This document shows, in pieces, positions 49,405-61,070 of a stretch of 64,000 nucleotides of DNA; within the stretch, counting starts at the first letter, position 1, and every line of letters begins with the position of its first letter. The notes under the pieces were generated by a model. It saw nothing but the letters and a program-made list of their open reading frames with translations, was not told the DNA's origin and did not search any database. Position numbers and translations under genes: made by a program. Source of the stretch: Hypanus sabinus (lineage: Eukaryota); NCBI RefSeq assembly GCF_030144855.1, contig NC_082723.1, positions 63,240,001 through 63,304,000 on the forward strand, read 5' to 3'.

Positions 49405-50207
49405 TTTTTTTTTGGAATTATGTGGGCTGAGAAGTGGCAGATGGAGTTCAACCCGGAGAAGTGTGAGGTGGTACACTTTGGAAGGACAAACTCCAAGACA
49501 GAGTACAAAGTAAATGGCAGGATACTTGGTAGTGTGGAGGAGCAGAGGGATCTGGGGGTACGTGTCCCCTGAAAGTTGCCTCACGGTTAGATAGGGTAGT
49601 TAAGAAAGCTTATGGGGTGTTGGATTTCATAAGTTGAGGGATAGAGTTTAAGAGTCGCGGGGTAATGATGCAGCGCTATAAAACTCTGGTTAGGCCACAC
49701 TTGGAGTACTGTGTCCAGTTCTGGTCGCCTCACTATAGGAAGGATGTGGAAGCATTGGAAAGGGTACAGAGGAGATTTACCAGGATGCTGCCTGGTTTAG
49801 AGAGTATGGATTATGATCAGAGATTAAGGGAGCTAGGGCTTTACTCTTTGGAGAGAAGGAGGATGAGAGGAGACATGATAGAGGTGTATAAGATATTAAG
49901 AGGAATAGACAGAGTGGATAGCCAGTGCCTCTTTCCCAGTGCACCACTGCTCAGTACAAGAGGATATGGCTTTAAGGTAAGGGGTGGGAAGTTCAAGGGG
50001 GATCTTAGAGGAAGGTTTTTTACTCAAAGAGTGGTTGGTGCGTGGAATGCACTGCCTGAGTCAGATACACTAGTGAAGTTTAAGAGACTACTGGACAGGT
50101 ATATGGAGGAATTTAAGGTGGGTGGTTATATGGGAGGCAGGGTTTGAGGGTCAGCACAACATTGTGGGCCGAAGGGCCTGTAATGTGCTGTACTATTCTA
50201 TGTTCTA
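49405..50207 (+). mobile_element. CR1 3' fragment nested antisense in the larger CR1
   Basis: YKTLVRPHLEYCVQFWSPHYRKD; ATCTT duplicated at the flanks; TTCTATGTTCTA tail. Confidence 0.85.
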
Positions 50208-50557
50208 TCTTGTACACCTCTATCAGGTCACCTCTCATCCTCCTTCGCTCCAAGGAGAAAAGGCCAATTTCACTCAACCTATTCTCATATGGCATGCTCC
50301 CCAATCCAGGCAACATCCTTGTAAATCTCCTCTGCACCCTTTCTATGGTTTCCACGTCCTTCCTATGTGAGGAGACCAGAACTGAGCACAGTACTCCAAG
50401 TGGGGTCTGACCAGGGTCCGATATAGCTGCGACATTACCTCTCGGCTCCTAAGTTAAATTCCATGATTGATGAAGACCAATACACCACGTGAACTTCTTA
50501 ACCACAGAGTCAACCTGCACAGCTGCTTTCAGCATGCTATGGACTCGGACCCCAAGA

Positions 50558-51510
50558 TTGAATTGAATTGAATTTCAGTTTATTGTCATTTAGAAACCAC
50601 AACTGCAATGCAATTAAAAAATGAAACAACGTTCCTCCAGAATGATATCACAAAAGCACATGACAAAACAGACTACACCAGAGAATCCACATGACGTTTG
50701 GCAGTCCCCAAATCCAGAGTCCGGAGAGGCTGCTGTGTATTAATATCGCGCTACCGTCTTAGCGTGTTCCCCAGAAAGGAGCTCCAAACCCACCAGACAA
50801 AACAAGACTACCCAGACACACCAAGTCAGGAGACCAACTCTACCACCCAACAAACCAAAAACTAAAGCTACAAGACCCACACAAAACCACATAGCTACAT
50901 ATAGTTATAGTTAACATATAGTTTCAACAGTGCAGACAATACCATAATTGATAAAAAAAAAACAGACCATGGGCACAGTAAAATAGTCCAAAGATGTTAA
51001 AAGACTATAATTTTGAAAGAAACCACCACACAGTTTCCACAAGTCCTCAGGGTCCCGATTGACTCGTCATCCCATGCTGGCGGCTGAAGGGAATATCCCC
51101 GCTATGGACTTCCACGGCGCCGCCCGAGTCAGCCTCACAGACACAGCACACAGTGAAAGCGTCCCAACCGCAGCAGACTCCGAGTCCGTCGAACCTCCGA
51201 GCCTCCGACCATCCCCTCCGGCACAGCCTCTCTGAGTACCATCCTCTGCCGAGCGTACTACAACGCCCCGGCCGCTGGCAACGTGACCCCGAGGACTGGG
51301 GGCCTGTTCTTTCCAGCAGAGACCTGGAACTTACAACAGCAGCAGCAACAAAAAAGGCCTTCCTGGAGATTTCCAGATGTTCCTCCATGCTCCCACATCC
51401 CTTTTTCATCAGATTAGGATTGTGCATGGCACCCTGCTTGACAAATAACAGATATCAACTCCGGAGAGGCCACATCAAGCTGCGTCGTGCCGCCATCTTG
51501 AAGAACTGCC
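50558..51510 (-). mobile_element. Full-length (about 950 bp) non-autonomous retroelement with YY1-like head and Rex1-type (TTCAA)n tail
   Basis: Head CAAGATGGCGGC (51489-51500); tail AATGACAATAAACTGAAATTCAATTCAATTCAA; interrupts the CR1 RT. Confidence 0.8.
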
Positions 51511-54500
51511 TATATCCTCCACACTGCCAAGTCTTACCATTAATACTATATTCTGCCATCATATTTGACTTACCAAAATGAACCACCTCACACTTATCTG
51601 GGTTGAACTCCATCTGCCACTTCTCAGCCCAGTTTTGCATCCTATCAACGTCCCGCTGTAACCTCTGACAGCCCTCCACACTATCCACAACATCTTCAAC
51701 CTTTGTGTCATCAGCAAACTTACTAACCCATCCCTCCACTTCCTCATCGAGGCCATTTATAAAAATCACGAAGAGCAGGGGTCCCAGAACAGATCCCTGA
51801 AGCACACCCCTGGCCACTGACCTCCATGCAGAACATGACCTGTCTACAACCGCTCTTTGCCTCCTGTGGGCAAGCCAGTTCTGGATCCACAAAGCTATGT
51901 CCCCTTGGATCCCATGCCTCCTTACTTTCTCAATAAGCCTTGCACGGAGTAACTTAACAAATGCCTTGCTAAAATCCATGTACACTACATCTACTGCTCT
52001 TCCTTCATCAATGTGTTTAGTCAGATCCTCAAAAAATTCAATCAGCCTCGTAAGGCATGACCTGTCTTTGACAAAGCCATGCTGACTATTCCTAATCATA
52101 TACCTCTCCAATCCTGCTTCTCAGGATCTTCTCCATCAACTTACCAACCACTGAGGTAAGACTCACTGGTCTATAATTTCCTGGGCCGTCTCTCCTCCCT
52201 TTCTTGAATAAAGGAACAACATCCACAACCCTCCAATCCTTCAGAACCTCTCTCATCCCCATTGATGATGCAAAGATCATCGTCAGAGGCTCAGCAATCT
52301 CCTCCCTCGCTTCCCACAGTAGCCTGGGGTACATGTCATCTGGTCCTGGTGATTTATCCAACTTGATGCTTTCCAAAAGCTCCAGCACATCCTCTTTCTT
52401 AATATCTACATGCTCAAGCTTTTCAGTCTGCTGCAAGTCATCAGTGTAATCACTAAGATCCTTTTCCATAGTGAAGTATTCATTAAGTACCTCTACTATC
52501 TCCTCCAGTTCCATACACACTTTCCCACTGTCACATTTGATAGGTCCTATTCTTTCACATCTTATCCTTTTGCTCTTCACTACTTGTAGAATGCTTTGGG
52601 GTTCTCCTTAATTCTGCCCGCCAAGGCCTTCTCATGTCTCCTTCTGGCTCTCCTAATTTGCTTCTTAAGTTCCGTCCTGTTAGCCTTATAATCTTCTAGA
52701 TCTCTATCATTACCTAGCTCTCTGAACCTTTTGTAAGCTTTTCTTTTCTTCTTGACTAGATTTATTACAGTCTTTGTACACCATGGTTCTTGTACCCTAC
52801 CTTAACTTCCCTGTCTCATTTGAACATACTTATACAGAGCTCTATACAAATATCCCCTGAATATCTGCCTCATTTCTTCCATACTTTTCCGAGAGAACAT
52901 CTTTTTCCATTTTAAGTTTTCAATTTCCTGCCTGATAGTCTCATAATTCCCCTTACTACAATTAATCACTTTTCTAAATTGTCTGTTCCTATCTCTCTCC
53001 AATGCTATTGTAAAGGAGATAGAATTGTGATCACTATTTCCGAAATGCTCTCCCACTGGGAGATCTGACACCTGACCAGGTTCATTTCCCAATACCAGAT
53101 CAAGTACAGCCTCTCCTCTTGTAGGCTTATCTACATACTGTGTCAAGAAACCTTCCTGAACACACCTAACAAACTCCACTCCATCTAAGCCCCTTGCTCT
53201 AGGGAGATGCCAATCGATATTTGAGAAACTAAAATCTCCCATCACGACAACTCTGTTATTATTACACCTTTCCAGGATCTGTTCCCCTATCTGCTGCTCG
53301 ATATCTCTGTTACTATTGGGTGGCCTATAAAAAACACCCAGTAAAGTTATTGACCCCTTCCTGTTCCTAACCTCCACCCACAGAGACTCCATAGACAATC
53401 CCTCCATGGCGTTCACCTTTTCTGCAGCCGTGACACTATCTCTGATCAACAGTGCCACTCCCCCACCTCTTTTGCCTCCCTCCCTGTACTTTCTGAAACA
53501 TCTAAAACCCGGCACTTGAAGTAACCATTACTGTCCCTGAGCCATCCAAGTCTCTGTAATGGCCACCACATCATATCTCCAAGTACTGATCCATGCTCTA
53601 AGCTCATCCACTTTGTTCACAATACTCCTTGACACATCTCAACCCTTCAGTCTGAGCGCTCCCCTTCTCTATCACCTGCCTATCCTCCCTCTCACACTGT
53701 CTCCAAGCTTTCTCTATTTGTGAGTCAACTTCCTCTTCCCCCGTCTCTTCAGTTCGGTTCCCACCCCCCAACAATTCTAGTTTAAACTCTCCCCAGTAGC
53801 CTTAGCAAACCTACCTGCCAGGATATTGGTCCCCCTGGGATTCAAGTGCAACCTGTCCTTTTTGTACAGGTCACACCTGCCCCAAATGATCCAGAAATCT
53901 GAATCCCTGCCCCCTGCTCCAATCCCTCAGCCACGCATTCATCCTCCACCTCATCCTATTCCTATACTCACTGACGCATGGCACAGGCAGTAGTGGTCAA
54001 GTATGGTGGGACCCCTTGTGCTGCAGGTGATGTGTTAGGACGCAGAGATTTCTTCAAATCAGCCCGATTAAGTTTCCAGCAATGATGGGCAAGGTGTTGG
54101 GCTTGGCCATTTCTTGTTTGCTGATCATAGCATCAATAGCTCGAGTGCTGCTTAACATCGGGCTTTGCAGTATGTAAACAGGACCACGGAGGAGAAATCC
54201 ATTGGTAAGTAGAACGGTCAGCACTTAATCATTCCTTGTTCCAGTATTGGAGAACAAGAGTGCAACAAGATAACTATGTCCCAGCACCACAAGGAAATTA
54301 GTTTGGAATACAGACCCCCGCCTTTAGTCTTCTCGGAATCAGCAGTCCGGTCCATCGGTTGTATTGAGAAGCTCTCAGGTCCAATCGATGTGTCTGCAAT
54401 TAGCCATGTGTCTGTGAAACACAGAACGTAGCAATCCCTCATTACCCTCTGATACAGCTGTCTTGCCCATAGGTCCTTACTCTTGTTCTCCAGCAACTGT

Positions 54501-54879
54501 ATATTAGCTACCAAGTTACTAGGTAAAGGACGTTTCCTACCCTGATGTTTAAGTATGGCTTGGAGTTCCCTCCTCCTCCTTCTCATCCGGCCATGGTAAT
54601 GCACCTTGCATTCTGAAGAGTTAAGTTCACCAAGTTCTTCAGATGATTGTGAAATCACAAGTATGCTAAAACAGTTCAAAAGTACATTAATTAAAGGGAA
54701 GTTACTGGCTGCAGATTGCAGTGAGAGTAGTTCAGAAGTATATTTAGAAGTTTTGCAAGCTGCCCACCAAGTGTTGCTGTGTTTCCCCAGTGCCATCTTG
54801 AGCAATATAATCTATTGAACAAACGTAATATGAAAAAGGATTTATTTCAATGGCTTCTGTTATGAGGGAGGGAGACAGC

Positions 54880-54937
54880 GAGAGAGAGAGAGAGAGAGAG
54901 AGGGGGGGGAGTGAGAGAGAGAAAGAGATAGATAGAG
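54880..54937. repeat. (GA)n microsatellite
   Basis: Visible directly in the sequence. Confidence 0.9.
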
Positions 54938-55889
54938 AAAAACAGTATAAAAGTAAAAGTAATTTGGCATGTCCTCATCAATTCATGCCATTTTTTAAAC
55001 CAATAGGCCACACAAAATATTTTATCTGGACGCATGACAACTTGGTATGGCAGCAGCTCTGTCCATGATTGAACAAAGCTGTGGAGAGTTGTGGACACAG
55101 CACAGCACATTGTGCAGACGAGCCTCCCCCCATGTCTACACCTCCCACTGCTTCAGTAACGCTACTGGCATAATCTAAGACCCCATCCACCATGGAAAAT
55201 TTCACTTCCCCTCTCCCTATGGAGCCTGAACACCAGGTTCACGACAACTTCTACACCTCTGTTCTGTCAATTAAATAGTTCCCTAATACAATAAAATCTT
55301 CACCTCACAATCTAGCTTGTTATGATCTTGCATTGTATTGTTTACCTTCTCTGGAGCTATTACACTATTCTGTGTTGTCATTGTCTACCTGTGCATTATG
55401 TAATGATCTGACCTGTATGAACAGTATGCTTTTCACTGCTTTTCTCAGAAAGCTGCGAATTGGCATTAGGAGGCAGGAGTAGATGTTGTCTCTGATGGAT
55501 TGTTTCTGTGTTTGGAAGACTGTGATCCGAGGTCTAACACAAAGATCAGTACGAGGAGTATCACTATTAGCTGGATATGAATGTAGGCAGTTTGATTTGT
55601 AAATTTGCAGATAAAGTGTTAATATTGAGCAGGTTAGTCATCCTCAGAGAAATAATATTAATCATTTGGTAAGATGGGCCGATGGAATACAGTCTGGATA
55701 AATGTGAGGAGAGGATGAATTCAGTGTAAAGAAGGACACACACAATAAATGGAAGAAGAGCCCGAGGCAGTATTGCGGAACAGAGAGACTGGTGTATAAG
55801 AGCAAGTGACAGAACAGGTAGGTGGGATAATGAAGAAGACATTGAGGATATCTGTTGGAACAACTTTATAAAGATTTGCCAGGCTGAAG

Positions 55890-55990
55890 TGCTCCTCCCT
55901 CAGTCTCTAGGATGTTGTGTGGTGGTCTCTTGTAGCTAATAAAAGCCTGTCGTTCGCCTCCCATCTCCAAGAGTTATTGATGGTGCATCA
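55890..55990 (+). mobile_element. 3' half of the same solo-LTR family
   Basis: Matches 45038-45138. Confidence 0.8.
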
Positions 55991-56629
55991 CCATGCTATA
56001 GGAAGAACAGGATTGCATTGGAAAGGGTACACAGTAGATACTTCAGGATATGGTGTGACTCAGTTATGAAGAGATTGGGTTTGTTTTTCTTACAGGCTAG
56101 TGTGGGTGGAGTTTCTTTCTAAGGTATACACATTTGTGAGGCTCATGGCTAGCAGGAAATCTCTTAGTAGAGGAATCTATAAATAGAGACAATAGGTAGT
56201 GGGTTAAAGGGAAGAGGTTGTGAGGTGATCTGAGGAAGAATGTTTTTACATCGGGTGTGGTTGGAATCTTGATGCTCTGCTAGAGGAGCAGATGCAGGTA
56301 CAAAATCCATCAATATTTAGGAAGAATACAGATGAGTACTTTGAATCACTGAGCTACAATGGGCCATGGACAGAGTGCTGATTAAGAGTTAACTATAGAT
56401 CAGTACTTGATGGTCACGTCAGCGTGGACACAGCCTGCTCCTGAGCTGTATGACCACTGTCTATGTGGAACGCTCAGAGTCTGGGGTGAGCAGGACAGGG
56501 AGTTAGGGTGCTGAGAACGAGGGGCGAGGATTCAGCGTGTGCGTGATACAGTAGTCATGGAACAGGGCGACTTCTTTATCCAGAAGATGAGCGTCTCTGT
56601 CCGGCATTGGGACCACCTCGTCCCTTAGC

Positions 56630-56841
56630 CCCTTCAATTCCGCTGGCGGTGCCCGTTACAAACATGGCGCTGGCGAAAACAAGGGCAACACAACGCCAGT
56701 CACAATGATGGCGGGATAAGCAATTGGCGATTTGTCAGCTCGAGAAAAACGCGATGACGTCACATGCGACTGTGTTGGCGCCAGATTTGGGCGCGCGGGA
56801 GAAAGAGTTTGGAGCCGCTTCTGTCAGTAGGAGCGGGAGAG
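56630..56841 (+). promoter_or_regulatory. CpG-rich promoter and non-coding exon 1 of the STAG3-like gene
   Basis: CpG cluster; CRE TGACGTCA 56755-56762; YY1-like AAACATGGCG 56660-56669; three GCGGGA motifs; donor AG|GTGAGT after 56841. Confidence 0.7.
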
Positions 56842-56849
56842 GTGAGTGA

Positions 56850-58130
56850 TGGGGAAGAGAAGAGGTGAGTGACAGGGGAGGCAAGAGTAAGCGTAAGGTG
56901 AGTGACGAAGAGGGTGGGGGTAATAAAATTAAGTACTGTAAATGTAAGAATAGGGTGAGTAAATAAGGAGAAAAGGTGAGGTGATGGAGGTGGGAGATAG
57001 GAGTGAGTGGTGAGAGTGGCTAAGGTGACCGGGATGAGGGCGAAGGGGTGGGTGAGGGGAGGGGTTGAGGGTGTGAGAGTTGAGGTGAGGGTGAAGGGAT
57101 GGGTAAGGGGATTGGTGAAGGGTTGAGGGTGAGGGAGGGGTGGAGGGTGAAGGGGTGGATGCAGGGAAGGGGAGAGGTTGAGGGTGGGTGAGGTGAGGGA
57201 GATGAAGGTGAAGGGGAAGTTTGAGGGTGGGTGAGAGGTGAGGGGAGGGGAAGTGGGTGTGAAAGGGGCTCAAGGGAAGAGGGGTGTGTGGGGAGAGGGC
57301 ATTAGGGAATAGAGGAGTGGTAGGTGGGGAAGGGTGAAGAGGGGTGTGGAGTGGGCTGAGCAGTGTGTAAGAGGAAGTGAGGTGTTAGATGGAAGTTTTG
57401 AGGGAGGAGGGGTGGGAAGTGGAGGGATCATGAGAGAGGGAAGGGACTCCTGTGGTGAGGGGGTGGTGGGGAGGTGGTGAGTATGGGAGAAGGGTGGAGA
57501 GGGAGAGGTGAGTGAAAGGAGGGGGAGAGGAAGAAGGAGGTAGTGGGAAATGGTGAGTGATGGAGAGGTGTGAGGAGGGGTAGCAAGTTAAAGTGAGAAA
57601 GGAGGAGTGACATTGGAAGGGGAGAGTAGACGGAGTTTCGGTGAAGTGTGTGTGTGAGTGAATGGAGGGAGTGCAGGTACGTGGAGAGGATAGTTACAGG
57701 GAGATTGTGCATGACAAGTATGGGCGGGGTTGTGCAGGAGGCTGAGTGGGGAGGAGTGAATGGCAGAAGGGCTCGGTGGGTTAGGGAGAGGGAATGGATC
57801 AGGTGAGGAGAGAGACAAAGGTGGGAGGGAGGTGTTAATAGGGAGAAATGTGTTGGGATGGACAGGGTCTGAGATGTGTGGGTGGGCAGATGGGACAGAT
57901 GTAGGGGAGGGTTGAATAGGGAAGGTACAATGGGACTGGTATAGTCAGGTGGCAGAATGGTGGGAGGCTAGCAATGAGAGAGAGTGACTAGGGAGGGTGG
58001 CAGTAAAGATGGTCTGTGAGGGAAGGAAGTCATGAGGTAAGAGTCTTATTGTGGGTGGAGGGAGGGCAGAGACTGAGAGCTGGTGCTTAATCAAATGGAA
58101 CGGGATGGTGATTTGTGTGGGGAGGAGGTT
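56850..58130 (+). repeat. G/A-rich low-complexity intron 1
   Basis: Very few C residues; many GGG runs and GAGGGT/GGTGA units. Confidence 0.85.
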
Positions 58131-58192
58131 TGGAGCAATAGATCTTCAAAAACCATTTTGATTTCAGTCTACTTGGTTTACAGGTTGCAGTC

Positions 58193-58356
58193 ATGCCGAT
58201 ACTAAGATCAAAAAAGCTTTCTCAGAGCTCTGAGAGCCTGCCATCTTCATCTCCGGGTGTTCGTGGGAGACGAGCAGGGTCACAGTATTCCAGCCCCACC
58301 TATTTCCGTGGAGAGCAAGTTGCTGAGCTGCTGGTCGGACAGGACGCCGGCTTTGA
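58193..58356 (+). CDS. STAG3: First coding exon of a stromalin/STAG cohesin subunit, probably STAG3
   Basis: Acceptor at 58183 or 58190; MPILRSKKLSQSSESLPSSSPGVRGRRAGSQYSSPTYFRGEQVAELLVGQDAGF; GA|GTAGGT phase-2 donor in frame with the next exon. Confidence 0.6.
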
Positions 58357-59099
58357 GTAGGTAGTCATTGTGGGAGGGCAAACTACCATCCTGTATACAA
58401 ATCTTGTGATTGCTAAAATCATGCAGTATAGAAGCAGATCCTTGGGCTCATCCTATTCACAATAGCCGATCAGGCATCCCATATCAGCATTTGGTCTGCA
58501 GCTTTGTTTGCTTGTGCTCCTACAGACATTTCTCAAAGTCGCCACCATTCAAATTCCATGCAGCCTCTGGGTGAAAAAGAATTTTTTTTGTATCCACTTC
58601 AAGCTTTTTGCTCTTTAAAACCTTTGCCATAACTATCTTGTTTTATATTCTACGGCCTGGCTTATGCAGGCTGGCATTCTGCGTGCTTTATTTACTACTT
58701 TTTTTTCACCTCGAGGGTTCTTTTGATTTGTGTACCAATGTCCTTCTGTTCCTCAATACTCCCAAGTACCTTTAGTGCAAACTGATGCATTTTGAGAGTA
58801 CTTGCTACGGTTCACTGAATCTTAGCTTCATTAGTACTTCCAAAATTTATCATGTGTCACTGAAAAGGATTTAATTCTGCTATTACTCTGTCTAACTTGC
58901 CAGTGAATCATCTCATCATTTCATAATCAATTATCAAGAGGTAGTTAGATAGGTCAAACCTGGGAGATTGGAAGAGCAAGGCTCAGGGCTCTGTATAGGG
59001 AGAAGGAGGTGGTGCAGAGAACCAATTAGCAATAAGATACTCCATTCCCCATCAATGTCAGGAACTAACTAGATCTAACATTTCCTTTCTTTCTCCCAG

Positions 59100-59199
59100 T
59101 GATATATCAAGTGAATCAGAGTCGGACACAGGGAGTGACTTTGAGGAGACATTAAAGAAAGGGAAGAAGCAATTGCCTTCCATTATACAGCATGCACCG
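59100..59199 (+). CDS. STAG3: Second coding exon of the STAG3-like gene
   Basis: Strong tttcctttctttctcccag acceptor and CCG|GTAAGT donor. DISSESESDTGSDFEETLKKGKKQLPSIIQHAP resembles, from memory, STAG1 SDAGSELEETEVKGK and STAG3 DTDFEDSL. FIS1 and STAG3 are both on human 7q22.1. Confidence 0.68.
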
Positions 59200-60189
59200 G
59201 TAAGTGAACCAGACCGTTTATTGTTTGTTTACTGAGTTTCAGCAAAGCCAAATCTGTTTCCATCTCTGAAAAAGTGATCATTGGACTGCAAACAATCGTT
59301 TCTCAGGAGCCAGGATATTGTGTAAGTAAAAGTACAATCAATTTCCATAAACACACAAGAGATGATATTTTACACTATTTTGATCTCGCAGACATGACTG
59401 GTATTTATTTCATTTTCAATATTGTGATCTCTTTGTCAAGTAACAGACATAGCTCAGGGCAGCACGAATTACATCTGGCTGCACTTCAGTAAGCTAAAAC
59501 TTTTCTCTGTGGTCCTCCCCTCAAACTGGATTTTGTTGCTACGCTTTTATGTGTAGTTTCATGTGTTCCCTTTTCTCCCCATCACAGCTACTCCATTCCC
59601 AGGTTTTCATCTATCAATGTCTCATGATGAATTTCTTCTTTCTTATCTTTAGAAATGCTTCATTCTTTCTACTTGTCCATTAGACCACTTACTGCCCTTT
59701 CAACCACCTGCATATTTAATTTGGCTATGTAAATTCAACACTTTCTCCCATTGCTGCTAAAATTGTAGATGTTCTGAGCCTTGAGGAGATGCTAATAAGT
59801 GATCAAAATCTTGGTTAGGTTGGGTTTTCAGAAGCAGAGTGATTTAGGGGCAGAGCTCAAAGTTAGCATCTAATTCAAAGGAGGCATGTGTGTCATTGGT
59901 GGATTATTGTCAGGGTGGGACAAATACTTAAATCTCGAAGGTTATAGGTCAAGGTGGATGCAGTTGCAAATATACGTGGATGGTTGGGTCAGTAATGGAA
60001 GTGACATGAATACATGAGAGGTTTTTCAACTGGATGTTTTGGTGAAGTGGGAATCAGGTTTAATATAACAGGCATACATCATAAAATTTGTTGTACTAAT
60101 TGTTGAGCCAATGTACTAATTCTTGCCACTATAAATAATTGTACAACCAGACTAGATACTTTTGAGAAGATTTCATTGTAGAACTGTAG

Positions 60190-60648
60190 AAGGCAAGAGA
60201 CAAGAGACAGTAGGTGCAGGAGTAGGCCATTCGACCCTCCAAGCCAGCACCGCCATTCACTGTGATCATGGCTGATCATACACAATCAATACCCCGTTCC
60301 TGCCCTCTCCCCATATCCCTTGACCCCGCTATCTATAAGAGCTCTATCTAACTCTCTTGAATGCATCCAGAGACTTGGCCTCCACTGCCTTCTGGGGCAG
60401 AGCATTCCACATATCCACCACTCCCTGGGTGAAAAAGTTTTTCCGCATCTCTGTTCTAAATGGCCTACCCCTTATTCTTAAACTGTGGCCTCTAGTTCTG
60501 GACTCACCCATCAGCGGGAACATGCTTCCTGCCTCCAGCGTGTCCAATCCCTTAATAATCTTATATGTTTCAATCAGATCCCCTCTCATCCTTCTAAATT
60601 CCAGTGTATACAAGCCCAGTTGCTCCAATCTTTTAACATATGACAGTC
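60190..60648 (-). mobile_element. CR1 3' fragment
   Basis: LSYVKRLEQLGLYTLEFRRMRGDLIETYKII. Confidence 0.9.
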
Positions 60649-61070
60649 CTTTTAACGTATGGCAGATATGAAGGTAATGGAAGAAAAGCAGGAGACAACC
60701 ACTATGATTGAAAAGATGATGCGAGTGAATTATAAACAGCAATTACTGGGTGTTTCTCATGAAAGTTAGAGGCAAGATAATTGATAGTTTGAGGATTTCA
60801 ACAAAGTGGATAATGTTAACATGGTAAGCTGTTTTAGTTGTGCAGGTAGTAGAATAAAATTTGATTTTGAAGAGGAATTTAATGAGCAGTGGGGATAGTA
60901 AGTTCATTGCTAAACTGTTATTTATGTGATTCAAGATTGTTTAATGTCGTTTCCTGTAGACAAATAAGGAGAACAAAATAATTGTTTCTCCAGATCTGAC
61001 GGCAAAAAGAAAACAAGGTAAAGAAGACAATAGATATAAGTACATATAAGGAATATAAGATATAAGGAAT

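Larger units (their letters stand above)
49088..53990 (-). mobile_element. Near-full-length CR1 LINE (end of ORF1, ORF2 endonuclease and RT, 3' end) with two nested insertions
   Basis: ORFs 52802-53515 (APE endonuclease), 52092-52580 and 51455-52111 (RT: QHGFVK..YMDFSKAF..QGSVLGP..FADDTK). Confidence 0.92.
46415..54800 (-). mobile_element. Rex1/Babar LINE pieces; one long copy (about 47480-49085 plus 53990-54800) split by CR1
   Basis: 5' ORF RPLPSNLVANIQLLENK..CYVLCFTDTWL; the endonuclease region around ..ILDH.. rejoins across the CR1; 3' motifs LPSG.RSLKAHTRRFRNNFFP. Confidence 0.75.

Noticed and set aside
56929-57818. Pro/His/Ser-rich minus-strand ORFs
   Set aside because: Artefacts of the G/A-rich low-complexity intron.
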